In this document: one piece after another, positions 9,797-19,419 of the stretch
Position numbering within the stretch: position 1 is the first letter of the stretch
Layout: the number at the start of each line of letters is the position of its first letter
NCBI GenBank assembly: GCA_046093985.1
Contig: JBJTGO010000260.1
Span: 1 to 31,694 of the forward strand
DNA from: Actinomycetota bacterium
Lineage (GTDB): Bacteria > Actinomycetota > Actinomycetes > Nanopelagicales > Nanopelagicaceae
Reading direction: 5' to 3'
Length of the DNA: 31,694 bases
Position numbers and translations under genes: made by a program
The notes under the pieces: model-generated
Database searches by the model: none
Told to the model about the DNA's origin: nothing
What the model saw: only the letters and a program-made list of their open reading frames with translations

Positions 9797-10288
9797 TTAC
9801 TCCGCACCTTCCTCTCCAGTAGTTGTTGCAGGTGTTACATCTGAAGTGTTCTCAGCTGGTGCTTGAGCGACAACCTTCTTGCCACCCTTGGAAGGACCGT
9901 GTGAGCGGTAGTTCCTGTCATCGGAGATCACGACCGAGATCTGGCTCGAACGCTTGAGGATCTGATAGCCGCGGCCTTGGGCACGTGGGCGATAGCGCTT
10001 CATGGTGAAGCCCTCATCGACGAGCGCCTCTGCGACCCAGAGTTCCTTCGCATCACGGATGTTCGGGTTCTTCTGCTTCGCATTCGCGAATGCAGAGTTG
10101 AGCAAGGAGTAAAGGTCCTCACTCACCGCGACCTGTGGTGAGAACTTGCAGATGTTGAGCGCCTCATCAAGGCGAGCGCCACGGATCATGTTGACCACGC
10201 GACGAGCCTTCTGAGGTGTGACGCGAAGGCTGCGTGCCTTGGCGGTTGCGACTAATGCGTTGTTATTGGGCAACTTTCGCTCTCCCAT
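9797..10288 (-). CDS. rplV: 50S ribosomal protein L22 with C-terminal extension
   Basis: [29 protein letters not shown]. The track ORF starts at 10333 inside rpsS; the likelier starts are ATG 10288 or TTG 10273 (preceded by GGAGAG). The exact start is uncertain. Confidence 0.93.
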   Translation of the reverse strand: MGERKLPNNNALVATAKARSLRVTPQKARRVVNMIRGARLDEALNICKFSPQVAVSEDLYSLLNSAFANAKQKNPNIRDAKELWVAEALVDEGFTMKRYRPRAQGRGYQILKRSSQISVVISDDRNYRSHGPSKGGKKVVAQAPAENTSDVTPATTTGEEGAE

Positions 10289-10547
10289 CGGTCTTGACGT
10301 GACCCTTGAAGGTACGAGTCGGTGCGAACTCACCGAGCTTGTGACCGATCATCGCCTCAGTGATGAAGACGGGCACATGCTTACGGCCGTCATGGACCGC
10401 AATGGTGTGACCGATCATTGATGGCGTGATCGTGGAACGGCGTGACCAGGTCTTGATCACACTCTTGGTGTTCTTCTCGTTCTGCTCATCCACCTTCTTG
10501 GATAGGTGAGCGTCCACGAAAGGACCCTTCTTAAGACTTCGTGACAT
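10263..10547 (-). CDS. rpsS: 30S ribosomal protein S19
   Basis: [43 protein letters not shown]. Confidence 0.97.
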   Translation of the reverse strand: MSRSLKKGPFVDAHLSKKVDEQNEKNTKSVIKTWSRRSTITPSMIGHTIAVHDGRKHVPVFITEAMIGHKLGEFAPTRTFKGHVKTDGRAKVAQ

Positions 10548-10556
10548 GCGCTCTCC

Positions 10557-11390
10557 TTATCGGGCCTTATTAGATGGACGACGACGGACGATGAGATTGT
10601 CGGATGCCTTCTTCTTGCGAGTGCGAGATTCAGGCTTACCCCATGGCGATACAGGATGGCGACCACCAGAGGTCTTTCCTTCACCACCACCATGTGGGTG
10701 ATCGACAGGGTTCATGACGACACCACGGACGGTCGGGCGGCGACCCTTCCAACGTGAGCGCCCTGCCTTTCCGAGCGAGATGTTCGATTGTTCTGCGTTA
10801 CCGACTTCGCCAACCGTTGCGCGGCAACGGACATCAACGTTTCGGATCTCACCGGAAGGCATACGAAGTTGTGCGTACGGTCCATCCTTGGCGACCAATT
10901 GGATCGAGGTTCCAGCGCTACGAGCGAGCTTCGCTCCGCCACCAGGACGGACCTCTACAGCGTGGATCACGGTACCGACCGGGATATTGCGAAGCGGCAA
11001 GTTATTGCCTGGCTTGATATCGGCAGCAGCACCGGTCTCTACGGTGTCACCTTGATTGAGTTTGTTCGGCGCGATGATGTAGCGCTTCTCGCCATCCGCG
11101 AAATGAAGAAGTGCGATTCGCGCGGTGCGGTTCGGGTCATACTCGATGTGAGCGACCGTCGCTGGGATGCCGTCCTTGTCGTTGCGGACGAAATCGATGA
11201 CGCGGTAGGCGCGCTTATGTCCGCCACCTTGGTGGCGAGTGGTGATACGGCCGGCGGCGTTACGGCCACCTTTTGAATTGATTGGACGTATCAACGACTT
11301 CTCTGGAGTGGTACGTGTGACCTCGGCGAAATCCGAGACACTCTTCTCACGAGTGGCCGCAGTCCGTGGCTTGTACTTACGCAGTGCCAT
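10557..11390 (-). CDS. rplB: 50S ribosomal protein L2
   Basis: [55 protein letters not shown]. Confidence 0.98.
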   Translation of the reverse strand: MALRKYKPRTAATREKSVSDFAEVTRTTPEKSLIRPINSKGGRNAAGRITTRHQGGGHKRAYRVIDFVRNDKDGIPATVAHIEYDPNRTARIALLHFADGEKRYIIAPNKLNQGDTVETGAAADIKPGNNLPLRNIPVGTVIHAVEVRPGGGAKLARSAGTSIQLVAKDGPYAQLRMPSGEIRNVDVRCRATVGEVGNAEQSNISLGKAGRSRWKGRRPTVRGVVMNPVDHPHGGGEGKTSGGRHPVSPWGKPESRTRKKKASDNLIVRRRPSNKAR

Positions 11391-11423
11391 TTTCTTCTCC
11401 TCTTATCGAAGATCCCATCGGCC

Positions 11424-11717
11424 TTAGCCGACAGGGCCTCCGAAGATGTCGATACGTTGCCCGGCAGCGACCTGGACGATCGCACGCTTGGTGTCCTTGC
11501 GCTTGCCCTTCCCGAAACGGGTGACCTTGGTCTTGCCCTCTCGGTTCATGGTGTTGACCTTGAGTACCTCGACTTTGAAGATCTTCTCGACCGCGATCTT
11601 GATTTCGGTCTTGTTCGCATCGAGCGCAACCAGGAAGGTGTACTTGTTCTGATCGAGTAGTCCATAGGACTTCTCCGATACCACCGGAGCGATCAAGACA
11701 TCTCTGTAATCCTTCAT
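11424..11717 (-). CDS. rplW: 50S ribosomal protein L23
   Basis: [32 protein letters not shown]. Confidence 0.97.
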   Translation of the reverse strand: MKDYRDVLIAPVVSEKSYGLLDQNKYTFLVALDANKTEIKIAVEKIFKVEVLKVNTMNREGKTKVTRFGKGKRKDTKRAIVQVAAGQRIDIFGGPVG

Positions 11718-12394
11718 GCTGACACCCCGACTTCGCTCTCACGGGCGACCGCAGTGACGGTGTTGCCCTTGGTAGGACCTGCGACGAATTCCTTCATCGC
11801 ATCATGTGAGAAGACGACATCATCAGCGACCACGACGTCATAGGCGTTGAGCTGATCGGATGCGATCAGATGAAGGCCATCGACGTTACGGAGCTTGAGC
11901 CATGCGCTCTCCTCAGTGCGAGAGAGGACGATCAAAGCGCGCTTGCGATCCGAGAACTGACGGACCGCTGCGAGAGTGCCCTTGGTGTTCTCGGCCTTGG
12001 TGATGCCTTCGACGATATGGATGCGATCGTGGCGTTGACGATCGGAGAGGACGCCAGCGAGGGCAGCCTTGATCATCTTCTTCGGTGTGCGCTGGGCATA
12101 GGAACGTGGGACTGGACCATGTGCAACTCCACCGTGACGCTGATTCGGCGAACGTGTCGAACCCTGACGAGCACGACCGGTTCCCTTCTGCTTGAACGGC
12201 TTCTTTCCACCACCGCTGACCTCACCGCGGTTCTTCGCCTTATGTGAACCTTGGCGAGCGGCTGCGAGTTGTGCGGTCACGACCTGATGGATCAATGGCA
12301 CATTGACTTGGACATCGAAGATCTCAGCTGGAAGCGCGAACTTTCCTGCGCTCTTGCCAGAAATGTCCTTGATATCGACGGAGAGAGACATCAT
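11714..12394 (-). CDS. rplD: 50S ribosomal protein L4
   Basis: [41 protein letters not shown]. The start is ATGATG overlapping the rplC stop (12394 or 12391). Confidence 0.97.
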   Translation of the reverse strand: MMSLSVDIKDISGKSAGKFALPAEIFDVQVNVPLIHQVVTAQLAAARQGSHKAKNRGEVSGGGKKPFKQKGTGRARQGSTRSPNQRHGGVAHGPVPRSYAQRTPKKMIKAALAGVLSDRQRHDRIHIVEGITKAENTKGTLAAVRQFSDRKRALIVLSRTEESAWLKLRNVDGLHLIASDQLNAYDVVVADDVVFSHDAMKEFVAGPTKGNTVTAVARESEVGVSA

Positions 12395-13083
12395 GCACCT
12401 GCCTTCGCGATGGTCTCACTTGCGACCTGCTTGACCGCAGTGCGCAAGAAGACGGTGGAACCGATGGCGCCAGGTAGTGACCCGGAGACCAAGATGATGT
12501 TCTTCTCGGCGTCGACCTTGACCACCTTGAGGTTCTGCATGGTCACTGTCTCGATACCCATCCGACCCATCATGCGCTTGCCTTTGAAGACGCGACCAGG
12601 GGTGGTTCGGTTACCGATCGAACCGGAGGTGCGGTGCTTTCGCTCGACACCGTGACCATCACCGAAACCGCGGAAGTTATGGCGCTTCATGACACCAGCA
12701 GTTCCCTTTCCGAGTGATGTGCCGGTGGCGTCGATGATGTCACCAGGATTGAAGACGTCGGCTTTGATCTCTTGACCGACGGAATAAGAGGAAGCGGCAG
12801 AGGTGCGAAGTTCAGCAACCTCTTTGCGTGGCGTGACGCCAGCCTTCGCGAAATGGCCAGCCTCAGGCTTCGCCACCTTGCGTGGATCAACGGCACCGAA
12901 TGCGAGTTGAACAGCCTCATAGCCATCCTTCTCGAGGGTGCGGATCTGTGTGATGACACATGGACCTGCTTCGATCGCAGTCACTGGGATGACCTTGTTC
13001 GACTCATCGAAGACCTGTGTCATGCCGAGCTTGGTGCCAAGGATGCCCTTGATCGCCGCGCTATGTGCTTGAGTGTTTTTCAT
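12391..13083 (-). CDS. rplC: 50S ribosomal protein L3
   Basis: [49 protein letters not shown]. Confidence 0.97.
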   Translation of the reverse strand: MKNTQAHSAAIKGILGTKLGMTQVFDESNKVIPVTAIEAGPCVITQIRTLEKDGYEAVQLAFGAVDPRKVAKPEAGHFAKAGVTPRKEVAELRTSAASSYSVGQEIKADVFNPGDIIDATGTSLGKGTAGVMKRHNFRGFGDGHGVERKHRTSGSIGNRTTPGRVFKGKRMMGRMGIETVTMQNLKVVKVDAEKNIILVSGSLPGAIGSTVFLRTAVKQVASETIAKAGA

Positions 13084-13100
13084 TTCTCAGGTCTCTCTCG

Positions 13101-13409
13101 TTAGAGCTTGATCTCGATGTCGACGCCCGCGGGGAGATCGAGGCGCATCAATGAGTCAACGGTCTTTGGTGTCGGGTCGATGATGTCGATGAGGCGCTTA
13201 TGGGTGCGCATCTCAAAGTGCTCACGACTGTCCTTGTACTTGTGTGGAGAACGGATGACGCAGTACACGTTCTTCTCTGTAGGCAGCGGTACTGGGCCCG
13301 CGACGGTCGCCCCGGTGCGCTCGACTGTCTCCACGATCTTCTTCGCGGAAGAGTCAATCACCTCATGGTCGTACGCCTTGAGCCTGATGCGGATCTTCTG
13401 TCCGGCCAT
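13101..13409 (-). CDS. rpsJ: 30S ribosomal protein S10
   Basis: [42 protein letters not shown]. Confidence 0.98.
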   Translation of the reverse strand: MAGQKIRIRLKAYDHEVIDSSAKKIVETVERTGATVAGPVPLPTEKNVYCVIRSPHKYKDSREHFEMRTHKRLIDIIDPTPKTVDSLMRLDLPAGVDIEIKL

Positions 13410-13463
13410 CTCTTCTCCTCTTGTTCTTCTTAACTTCTCGTTCCTTGACTCCTGTTTGGCCTT

Positions 13464-13489
13464 TCGGTGGGGCCTTGCGACCCCACCGA
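13464..13489 (-). terminator. GC-rich hairpin with GCAA tetraloop between tuf and rpsJ (terminator, processing site or S10 leader element)
   Basis: Minus strand UCGGUGGGGUC-GCAA-GGCCCCACCGA forms an 11-bp stem with one G-U pair. No U-tract follows, so the function is ambiguous. Confidence 0.5.
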
Positions 13490-13514
13490 TGGCTCACACG
13501 AGTTTCTTGCTAGT

Positions 13515-13540
13515 TACTTCTTGATCCCTACTTCTTGATC
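13515..13540. repeat. 12-bp tandem direct repeat duplicating the last codons of tuf
   Basis: tacttcttgatc occurs at 13515-13526 and 13529-13540; the minus strand reads ATC AAG AAG TAG GG ATC AAG AAG TAA. Confidence 0.85.
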
Positions 13541-14721
13541 TTGGTGACGCGACCTGCGCCGACGGTACGACCGCCTTCACGGATAGCGAAACGCAGACCC
13601 TCTTCCATAGCGATCGGCTGGATCAACGCCACTGCAATCTCGACGTTGTCGCCAGGCATGACCATGTCCTTGCCACCTGGAAGTGTCACAACACCGGTCA
13701 CGTCAGTAGTACGGAAGTAGAACTGAGGACGGTAGTTGTTGAAGAACGGGGTGTGACGACCGCCCTCATCCTTGGAGAGGATGTAGACAGATGCGTCGAA
13801 TTCAGTGTGAGGTGTGATCGAGCCTGGCTTGCAGCAGACCTGACCGCGCTCTACATCTTCGCGCTTGAGACCACGGAGAAGGAGACCGACGTTCTCGCCA
13901 GCCTGACCCTCATCGAGGAGCTTGCGGAACATTTCGACACCGGTGACCACAGTCTTCTGTGAATCTGGACGGATACCGACGATCTCGATTTCCTCGTTGA
14001 CCTTGACAACGCCGCGCTCGATACGACCGGTGATGACGGTTCCACGACCAGTGATGGTGAAGACGTCTTCGACTGGCATCAAGAATGGCTTGTCGATCTC
14101 ACGTGCAGGAGTTGGGATGAACTCATCGACAGCGCTCATGAGATCCATCAACTTATTGCCCCACTCAACATCACCCTCGAGCGCCTTGAGTGCGGAGACT
14201 CGGACGATCGGAGTGGTGTCGCCAGGGAATTCATACTTCTTGAGCAAGTCGCGAACTTCTTCCTCGACGAGCATGAGGATGTCCTCATCGTCGACCATGT
14301 CGGACTTGTTGAGTGCGACCACGATCGATGGGACGCCGACCTGACGAGCAAGGAGGACGTGCTCCTTGGTCTGAGGCATCGGGCCATCGGTCGCTGCGAC
14401 CACGAGGATCGCGCCGTCCATCTGTGCCGCACCGGTGATCATGTTCTTGATGTAATCGGCGTGGCCTGGGCAGTCGACGTGCGCGTAGTGGCGCTTCTCG
14501 GTCTGGTACTCGATATGCGCGATCGAAATGGTGATACCGCGCTGACGCTCTTCTGGCGCCTTGTCAATCTGATCGAATGGGGTGAATGGGTTCACATCTG
14601 GGTATCGGTCGTGGAGCACTTTGGAGATCGCCGCAGTAAGAGTGGTCTTACCGTGGTCGATGTGACCGATGGTGCCGATGTTCACGTGCGGTTTTGTCCG
14701 CTCGAACTTCGCCTTTGTCAC
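13528..14721 (-). CDS. tuf: Elongation factor Tu
   Basis: [47 protein letters not shown]; GTG start. Confidence 0.99.
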   Translation of the reverse strand: MTKAKFERTKPHVNIGTIGHIDHGKTTLTAAISKVLHDRYPDVNPFTPFDQIDKAPEERQRGITISIAHIEYQTEKRHYAHVDCPGHADYIKNMITGAAQMDGAILVVAATDGPMPQTKEHVLLARQVGVPSIVVALNKSDMVDDEDILMLVEEEVRDLLKKYEFPGDTTPIVRVSALKALEGDVEWGNKLMDLMSAVDEFIPTPAREIDKPFLMPVEDVFTITGRGTVITGRIERGVVKVNEEIEIVGIRPDSQKTVVTGVEMFRKLLDEGQAGENVGLLLRGLKREDVERGQVCCKPGSITPHTEFDASVYILSKDEGGRHTPFFNNYRPQFYFRTTDVTGVVTLPGGKDMVMPGDNVEIAVALIQPIAMEEGLRFAIREGGRTVGAGRVTKIKK

Positions 14722-14751
14722 TAGCTTTCCTCTTTCTTCTCGTGTGTGTTG

Positions 14752-16860
14752 TTACTCGCCGCGTACCTTCGCGATGATCTCCTTCGAAACCGCCGCTGGG
14801 ACTTCAGCGTAGGAATCGAATTGCATCGAGTAGGAGGCGCGACCCTGGGTCTTGCTTCGCAGATCTCCGACATAGCCGAACATCTCCGAAAGTGGGACCA
14901 GTGCCTTCACAACGCGGGCACCGGAACGCTCGTCCATGGCCTGGATTTGGCCGCGTCGAGAGTTGAGGTCGCCGATGACATCACCCATGAAATCCTCAGG
15001 AGTGACGACCTCGACGGACATCATCGGTTCGAGCAATGCTGGGGAAGCGAGCTTCGCTGCTTCCTTGAATGCTGCGATACCGGCGATCTTGAAAGCGAGT
15101 TCCGATGAATCGACATCGTGATACGCGCCATCAAGAAGAGTTACTCGTACATCGGTGAGTGGGTAGCCAGCGAGCGGACCAGTCTGCATCGCCTCTTGTG
15201 CACCATCATCGACGGCTGGGATGTATTCCTTAGGGATACGTCCACCAGTGACCTTATTGACGAACTCATAACCGGAAGGAACTTCGCCGACAGCAAGCGG
15301 CTCAAGTGCGATCTGGACCTTTGCGAATTGTCCAGAACCACCGGTCTGCTTCTTATGGGTGTAGTCGTAACGGTCGACTGCCTTGCGTAGCGTCTCGCGA
15401 TAAGCAACCTGCGGCTTACCGACATTCGCTTCGACTTTGAATTCACGCTTCATACGATCGACGAGGATCTCAAGGTGGAGCTCACCCATTCCGCCGATGA
15501 TCGTCTGTCCAGTCTCCTCATCGGTTCGGACATGGAAGGTCGGATCCTCTTCAGCGAGGCGCTGGATCGCAGTGCCGAGCTTCTCTTGGTCGCCCTTGGT
15601 CTTCGGCTCAATCGCGACATGGATGACGGGATCTGGGAACTCCATCGACTCGAGGATGACTGGCTTATCTGAATCACAGAGAGTGTCGCCGGTGGTGGTG
15701 TCCTTGAGACCCATCACCGCGATGATCATTCCGGCGCCAGCGTTATCGCGCTCTTCACGCTTGTTGGCGTGCATCTGATAGATCTTTCCGATGCGCTCCT
15801 TGCGATCCTTCGTTGAGTTCAAGACTGCGGTACCTGCTGTGAGGGTTCCGGAGTAGATACGGACGAAGGTGAGCTTTCCAAGGTGTGGATCGCTCATGAT
15901 CTTGAATGCGAGCGCGGAGAATGGCTCGGAATCAGATGGCTTACGTGCGATCTCAGTAGCGGAATCGCCCATCTTGGTTCCGACGATCGCTTCGACATCG
16001 AGTGGACTTGGAAGATAACGGACGACTGCATCAAGCATCGGCTGGACGCCCTTGTTCTTGAATGCTGAACCGGTTAGGACTGGGGTCGCCTTATCTGCGA
16101 GGGTCGCGCGACGGATCGCAGCGATGATCTCCTCCTCGGAGAGGTCTTGTCCTTCGAGGTACTTCTCCATCACCTGATCATCGACATCTGCAAGTGTCTC
16201 GATGAGATCGTGGCGCGCCTTATCAGCGGCATCCTTGAGATTGGCAGGGATCTCTTCGACGAGGTAATCCTCGCCCTTCTTCGTCTCGCCCGGCCAGACG
16301 AGTGCCTTCATCTGGATGAGATCTACGACGCCGATGAAGTCAGCCTCAGCACCGATCGGAATCTGAAGTACGAGCGGCTTGGCACGAAGGCGATCCTTGA
16401 TCATCGATACGCAACGATCGAAAGATGCACCGGTTCGGTCCAACTTGTTGACGAAACAAATCCTTGGGACTTTGTACTTATCAGCCTGACGCCAGACGGT
16501 CTCTGACTGTGGCTCAACACCTGCGACGCCATCGAAGACGGCGACAGCGCCATCAAGGACACGGAGCGAACGCTCAACCTCGACGGTGAAGTCGACGTGG
16601 CCAGGAGTATCGATGATGTTGATCAGGTGGTCTTTCCAGAAACATGTGGTCGCAGCAGATGTGATGGTGATACCGCGCTCTTGCTCTTGCTCCATCCAGT
16701 CCATCGTCGCTGCACCCTCATGGACCTCACCGATCTTGTAGGTGATACCGGTGTAGAAAAGGATGCGCTCGGTGGTTGTCGTCTTACCGGCATCGATGTG
16801 CGCCATGATGCCGATATTGCGGACGGTTGAAAGATCAACTGCCGTATCGATTGCTGCCAC
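14752..16860 (-). CDS. fusA: Elongation factor G
   Basis: [52 protein letters not shown]; GTG start. Confidence 0.99.
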   Translation of the reverse strand: MAAIDTAVDLSTVRNIGIMAHIDAGKTTTTERILFYTGITYKIGEVHEGAATMDWMEQEQERGITITSAATTCFWKDHLINIIDTPGHVDFTVEVERSLRVLDGAVAVFDGVAGVEPQSETVWRQADKYKVPRICFVNKLDRTGASFDRCVSMIKDRLRAKPLVLQIPIGAEADFIGVVDLIQMKALVWPGETKKGEDYLVEEIPANLKDAADKARHDLIETLADVDDQVMEKYLEGQDLSEEEIIAAIRRATLADKATPVLTGSAFKNKGVQPMLDAVVRYLPSPLDVEAIVGTKMGDSATEIARKPSDSEPFSALAFKIMSDPHLGKLTFVRIYSGTLTAGTAVLNSTKDRKERIGKIYQMHANKREERDNAGAGMIIAVMGLKDTTTGDTLCDSDKPVILESMEFPDPVIHVAIEPKTKGDQEKLGTAIQRLAEEDPTFHVRTDEETGQTIIGGMGELHLEILVDRMKREFKVEANVGKPQVAYRETLRKAVDRYDYTHKKQTGGSGQFAKVQIALEPLAVGEVPSGYEFVNKVTGGRIPKEYIPAVDDGAQEAMQTGPLAGYPLTDVRVTLLDGAYHDVDSSELAFKIAGIAAFKEAAKLASPALLEPMMSVEVVTPEDFMGDVIGDLNSRRGQIQAMDERSGARVVKALVPLSEMFGYVGDLRSKTQGRASYSMQFDSYAEVPAAVSKEIIAKVRGE

Positions 16861-16897
16861 TTCTTCTTCCTCTTCTCGTTCTTCTAGATCTCAGTGA

Positions 16898-17368
16898 TTA
16901 CCAGCGGTAGTGAGCGAAGGCCTTGTTCGCCTCTGCCATCTTGTGGGTGTCCTCGCGACGCTTCACAGCAGCACCAAGGCCGTTGCTTGCATCGATGATC
17001 TCGTTGGTGAGGCGCTCTGCCATCGACTTCTCGCGACGGTCTTGCGCGTTCTCGACCAACCAACGAAGTGCGAGTGTCATCGCACGCGCAGCCTTCACTT
17101 CAACCGGAACCTGATAGGTAGCGCCACCTACGCGGCGGGACCGAACTTCAACGGCTGGCTTCACATTGTCGATCGCGCGCTTCAAAGTGATCACTGGATC
17201 GACCTCGGACTTTGCGCGGCAACCCTCGAGTGCGTGATAGACGATCGCTTCAGCAGTGGATCGCTTGCCGGATGTGAGAACACGATTGATGAGAGCAGTG
17301 ACGACCGGTGAGTTGTAGACCGGATCAGCGATCACTTGCTTCTTCGGGGCGGGACCTTTACGTGGCAT
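16898..17368 (-). CDS. rpsG: 30S ribosomal protein S7
   Basis: [34 protein letters not shown]. Confidence 0.98.
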   Translation of the reverse strand: MPRKGPAPKKQVIADPVYNSPVVTALINRVLTSGKRSTAEAIVYHALEGCRAKSEVDPVITLKRAIDNVKPAVEVRSRRVGGATYQVPVEVKAARAMTLALRWLVENAQDRREKSMAERLTNEIIDASNGLGAAVKRREDTHKMAEANKAFAHYRW

Positions 17369-17380
17369 CTTCTTCTCCCC

Positions 17381-17755
17381 TTACTTCTTATCTCGCTTGG
17401 CGCCGTAACGTGATCGCGCTTGCTTGCGATCCTTGACGCCTTGAGTATCGAGTGAACCGCGAACGATCTTGTAACGAACGCCAGGAAGATCCTTCACACG
17501 TCCTCCACGAACGAGAACGATCGAGTGCTCTTGCAGATTGTGTCCTTCACCAGGGATGTAAGCGGTGACTTCCATGCCACTCGTCAGTCGAACACGTGCG
17601 ACCTTGCGAAGCGCGGAGTTCGGCTTCTTCGGTGTTGTCGTGTAGACGCGAGTGCATACGCCACGTCGTTGCGGACTTCCCTTGAGTGCAGGAGTCGTCG
17701 TCTTGCTCGACTTCTCCATGCGACCCTTGCGGACCAGCTGCTGAATAGTTGGCAC
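17381..17755 (-). CDS. rpsL: 30S ribosomal protein S12
   Basis: [22 protein letters not shown] (wild-type Lys), [12 protein letters not shown]; GTG start. Confidence 0.99.
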   Translation of the reverse strand: MPTIQQLVRKGRMEKSSKTTTPALKGSPQRRGVCTRVYTTTPKKPNSALRKVARVRLTSGMEVTAYIPGEGHNLQEHSIVLVRGGRVKDLPGVRYKIVRGSLDTQGVKDRKQARSRYGAKRDKK

Positions 17756-17786
17756 TACGTTTCTCTCTTCTCTCGTACGTCACTCT

Positions 17787-17849
17787 CCGACCCACGCGGT
17801 CGGGTGTGTCGTAACTCGTTCCGTTTTCATCGCACGCACGCGCGATGAA
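17787..17849 (-). promoter_or_regulatory. Structured rpsL 5' leader (two hairpins)
   Basis: Inverted repeats ttcatcgc/gcgatgaa (17826-17849) and ccgacc/ggtcgg (17787-17803). The minus-strand CGACACACCCGACCGCGTGGGTCGGAG resembles, from memory, a sequence in other actinobacterial rpsL leaders. Confidence 0.55.
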
Positions 17850-17961
17850 TCGCGAATGGCAAAATGAATTGCGTTCTTTTCTGCTCACTACTTTTTCCTT
17901 GAGCGGGTCTCAGCAACGAAACGACCGCGGATCTCAAGAAGCCCACGTGAGCAAGAGCGCG

Positions 17962-17991
17962 AGGGTAACGGAATCACGCTCTGTGGGTCAA
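17962..17991 (-). promoter_or_regulatory. Housekeeping sigma promoter of the str operon
   Basis: Minus strand TTGACC (17991-17986), 18-nt spacer, TACCCT (17967-17962; TANNNT consensus); implies a leader of about 200 nt. Confidence 0.7.
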
Positions 17992-18058
17992 AACGCCCTT
18001 ACTCCTCCATCTGGCCCGGATCCAGGATTTCGCAATCGCGACACGCCGAGGAGTACGG

Positions 18059-18074
18059 TGTTATCCTTTGCTTA
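18059..18074 (+). promoter_or_regulatory. Extended -10 promoter giving a probable leaderless antitoxin mRNA
   Basis: TG-n-TATCCT (18059-18067), then 6 nt, then the ATG at 18074. Confidence 0.6.
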
Positions 18075-18382
18075 TGGCACGCAAAGTAAAGAAAACGAGC
18101 CCCAAAGCTATCCGCCGGGGGCGTTCGTCCACATCTCGGATCAGCGCCAAGAACCAGGTGACTATCCCGGTCGAGATACTTCGCGCGGTCAACATGAAAT
18201 CGGGAGATTCCGTGAAATTCATCAACGAGGGCGAGGGGCAGATTTCCCTCATCAAGTACGAAGAACCCAAGTGGAAGATCGCGATGCGCGAGCTGATCGG
18301 ATCTGAACCAGGCCTTAGTAAACGATCCGACTACAAGAAAGAGCGTGAAGAGTGGGATGCCAGGCTGACTCGTCGTGGTTGA
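18074..18382 (+). CDS. vapB: AbrB/MazE/SpoVT-family DNA-binding antitoxin (VapB-like)
   Basis: SRISAKNQVTIPVEILRAVNMKSGDSVKF matches the swapped-hairpin S-x-K-x-Q-(V/I)-T-I-P motif; the gene overlaps a downstream PIN gene. The start was moved from TTG 18068 to ATG 18074. Confidence 0.85.
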   Translation: MARKVKKTSPKAIRRGRSSTSRISAKNQVTIPVEILRAVNMKSGDSVKFINEGEGQISLIKYEEPKWKIAMRELIGSEPGLSKRSDYKKEREEWDARLTRRG

Positions 18383-18714
18383 TCGCGCTTCTGGATTCAG
18401 AAGACCATCACCATAGCGATGCTGTCGCTCAATTTGAGAGATTGGGACTCCCTCCAGTCTTCAGTGCGCTCGTACTAGGAGAGCTGCTCTCGTCCATTGA
18501 AACTCGTCGTCGAGAGAAGTTCAAGCGGCTCTCTGAAGCATTCGAGCCTGTGATTCCTGTCAGCGCGGAGATTGCCGCAAAGGGAGCTGAGATTCGGGTG
18601 GAATATCGACTCTCGCTGAGTGACGCCATCGTCGTCGCATCCGCTCTTGTCCACGACACAGAGCTCCTTACCTTCGATAAGAAGATGCAGAGCGTCTTCG
18701 AACGACTCAAATAG
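18352..18714 (+). CDS. vapC: PIN-domain ribonuclease toxin (VapC-like)
   Basis: Four acidic PIN positions in context (ADSSWLIAL, LGELL, LSLSDAIVVA, LLTFD); 120 aa; 31-nt overlap with the antitoxin. Confidence 0.88.
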   Translation: MGCQADSSWLIALLDSEDHHHSDAVAQFERLGLPPVFSALVLGELLSSIETRRREKFKRLSEAFEPVIPVSAEIAAKGAEIRVEYRLSLSDAIVVASALVHDTELLTFDKKMQSVFERLK

Positions 18715-18719
18715 CCACT

Positions 18720-19370
18720 GTGACTGAGCTCGTTCCCATCAAGCCAAAACTTCGTGGCGTCATTCATCTTGTGATGTCTCCCCTCTCGCTTGTAGCAGGG
18801 CTCACTCTTGTCACCATCGCTCACGAATTCAGAGGTCGCCTGACACTCGGCATCCTTACTCTTACTGCAGGCCTCCTCTTCACATCAAGCGCGCTCTACC
18901 ATCGTGTGAAATGGCGAGAGTCGACGAAAGCACTATGGCGAAGGATCGACCACGCCAACATCCCGCTTCTTATCGCGGGTACCTACACGCCTTTTGCAGT
19001 CTTCTTGCTTGACTCGGGTCAAGCCACCTTCTTGCTTTCCATCATCTGGGGTACTGCGATCTCTGCTGCGATCTTTCGTGTTGCCTGGATCAACGCACCG
19101 AGATGGCTCTATGTCCCGCTCTATATCGGACTTGGATGGGTCGCTCTCATCTATCTACCTGAGTTCTATCGTGAAGGTGGAATCGCAGTATTTGCGTTGA
19201 TCCTCATTGGTGGCCTGCTCTACTCAGCGGGAGGAGTGATCTATGGCCTCAAGAAGCCGAACTTCTCTATCAACTGGTTCGGATTCCACGAGCTCTTCCA
19301 CGCGATGACTGCGGCAGCCTTCATCTGTCACTTCGTAGCAGCCGCACTTGTTGTCTACTTGAGCAACTAA
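18720..19370 (+). CDS. Hemolysin III / PAQR-family membrane protein (TrhA-like)
   Basis: KPKLRG..H, SALYH, RRIDHANI..LIAGTYTP, LYIGLGW, GGLLYSAG, GFHELFH; about 7 hydrophobic segments with the PAQR His motifs. Confidence 0.93.
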   Translation: MTELVPIKPKLRGVIHLVMSPLSLVAGLTLVTIAHEFRGRLTLGILTLTAGLLFTSSALYHRVKWRESTKALWRRIDHANIPLLIAGTYTPFAVFLLDSGQATFLLSIIWGTAISAAIFRVAWINAPRWLYVPLYIGLGWVALIYLPEFYREGGIAVFALILIGGLLYSAGGVIYGLKKPNFSINWFGFHELFHAMTAAAFICHFVAAALVVYLSN

Positions 19371-19371
19371 G

Positions 19372-19404
19372 AAAAAAGGCCCCAAGATAACTCGGGGCCT
19401 TTTT
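19372..19404. terminator. Bidirectional intrinsic terminator between the hemolysin-III gene and rpoC
   Basis: aaaaaaggcccc-aagataactc-ggggccttttt: GC stem with a U-tract in both orientations, between convergent stop codons. Confidence 0.88.
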
Positions 19405-19419
19405 GATTGAAACTACTAA

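Noticed and set aside
8951-9844. 297-aa plus-strand ORF antisense to rpsC
   Set aside because: Long stop-free antisense frames are expected opposite highly expressed genes with biased codon usage; nothing recognisable is encoded.
10289-10333. N-terminal part of the 178-aa rplV track ORF ([15 protein letters not shown])
   Set aside because: It is an alternative-frame reading of rpsS; L22 homology starts further downstream.
17600-17640. Streptomycin-resistance alleles in rpsL
   Set aside because: The PKKPNS Lys here and the RVKDLPG Lys further downstream in the gene are both wild type.
18011-18030. cccggatccagg near-palindrome as a possible VapB operator
   Set aside because: It has a mismatched pair in only 12 bp and lies about 30 nt upstream of the -10; too weak to call.
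17845-18306. 153-aa plus-strand ORF spanning the rpsL leader/promoter and vapB
   Set aside because: It overlaps the predicted promoters and an out-of-frame real gene, and has no protein-like motif.
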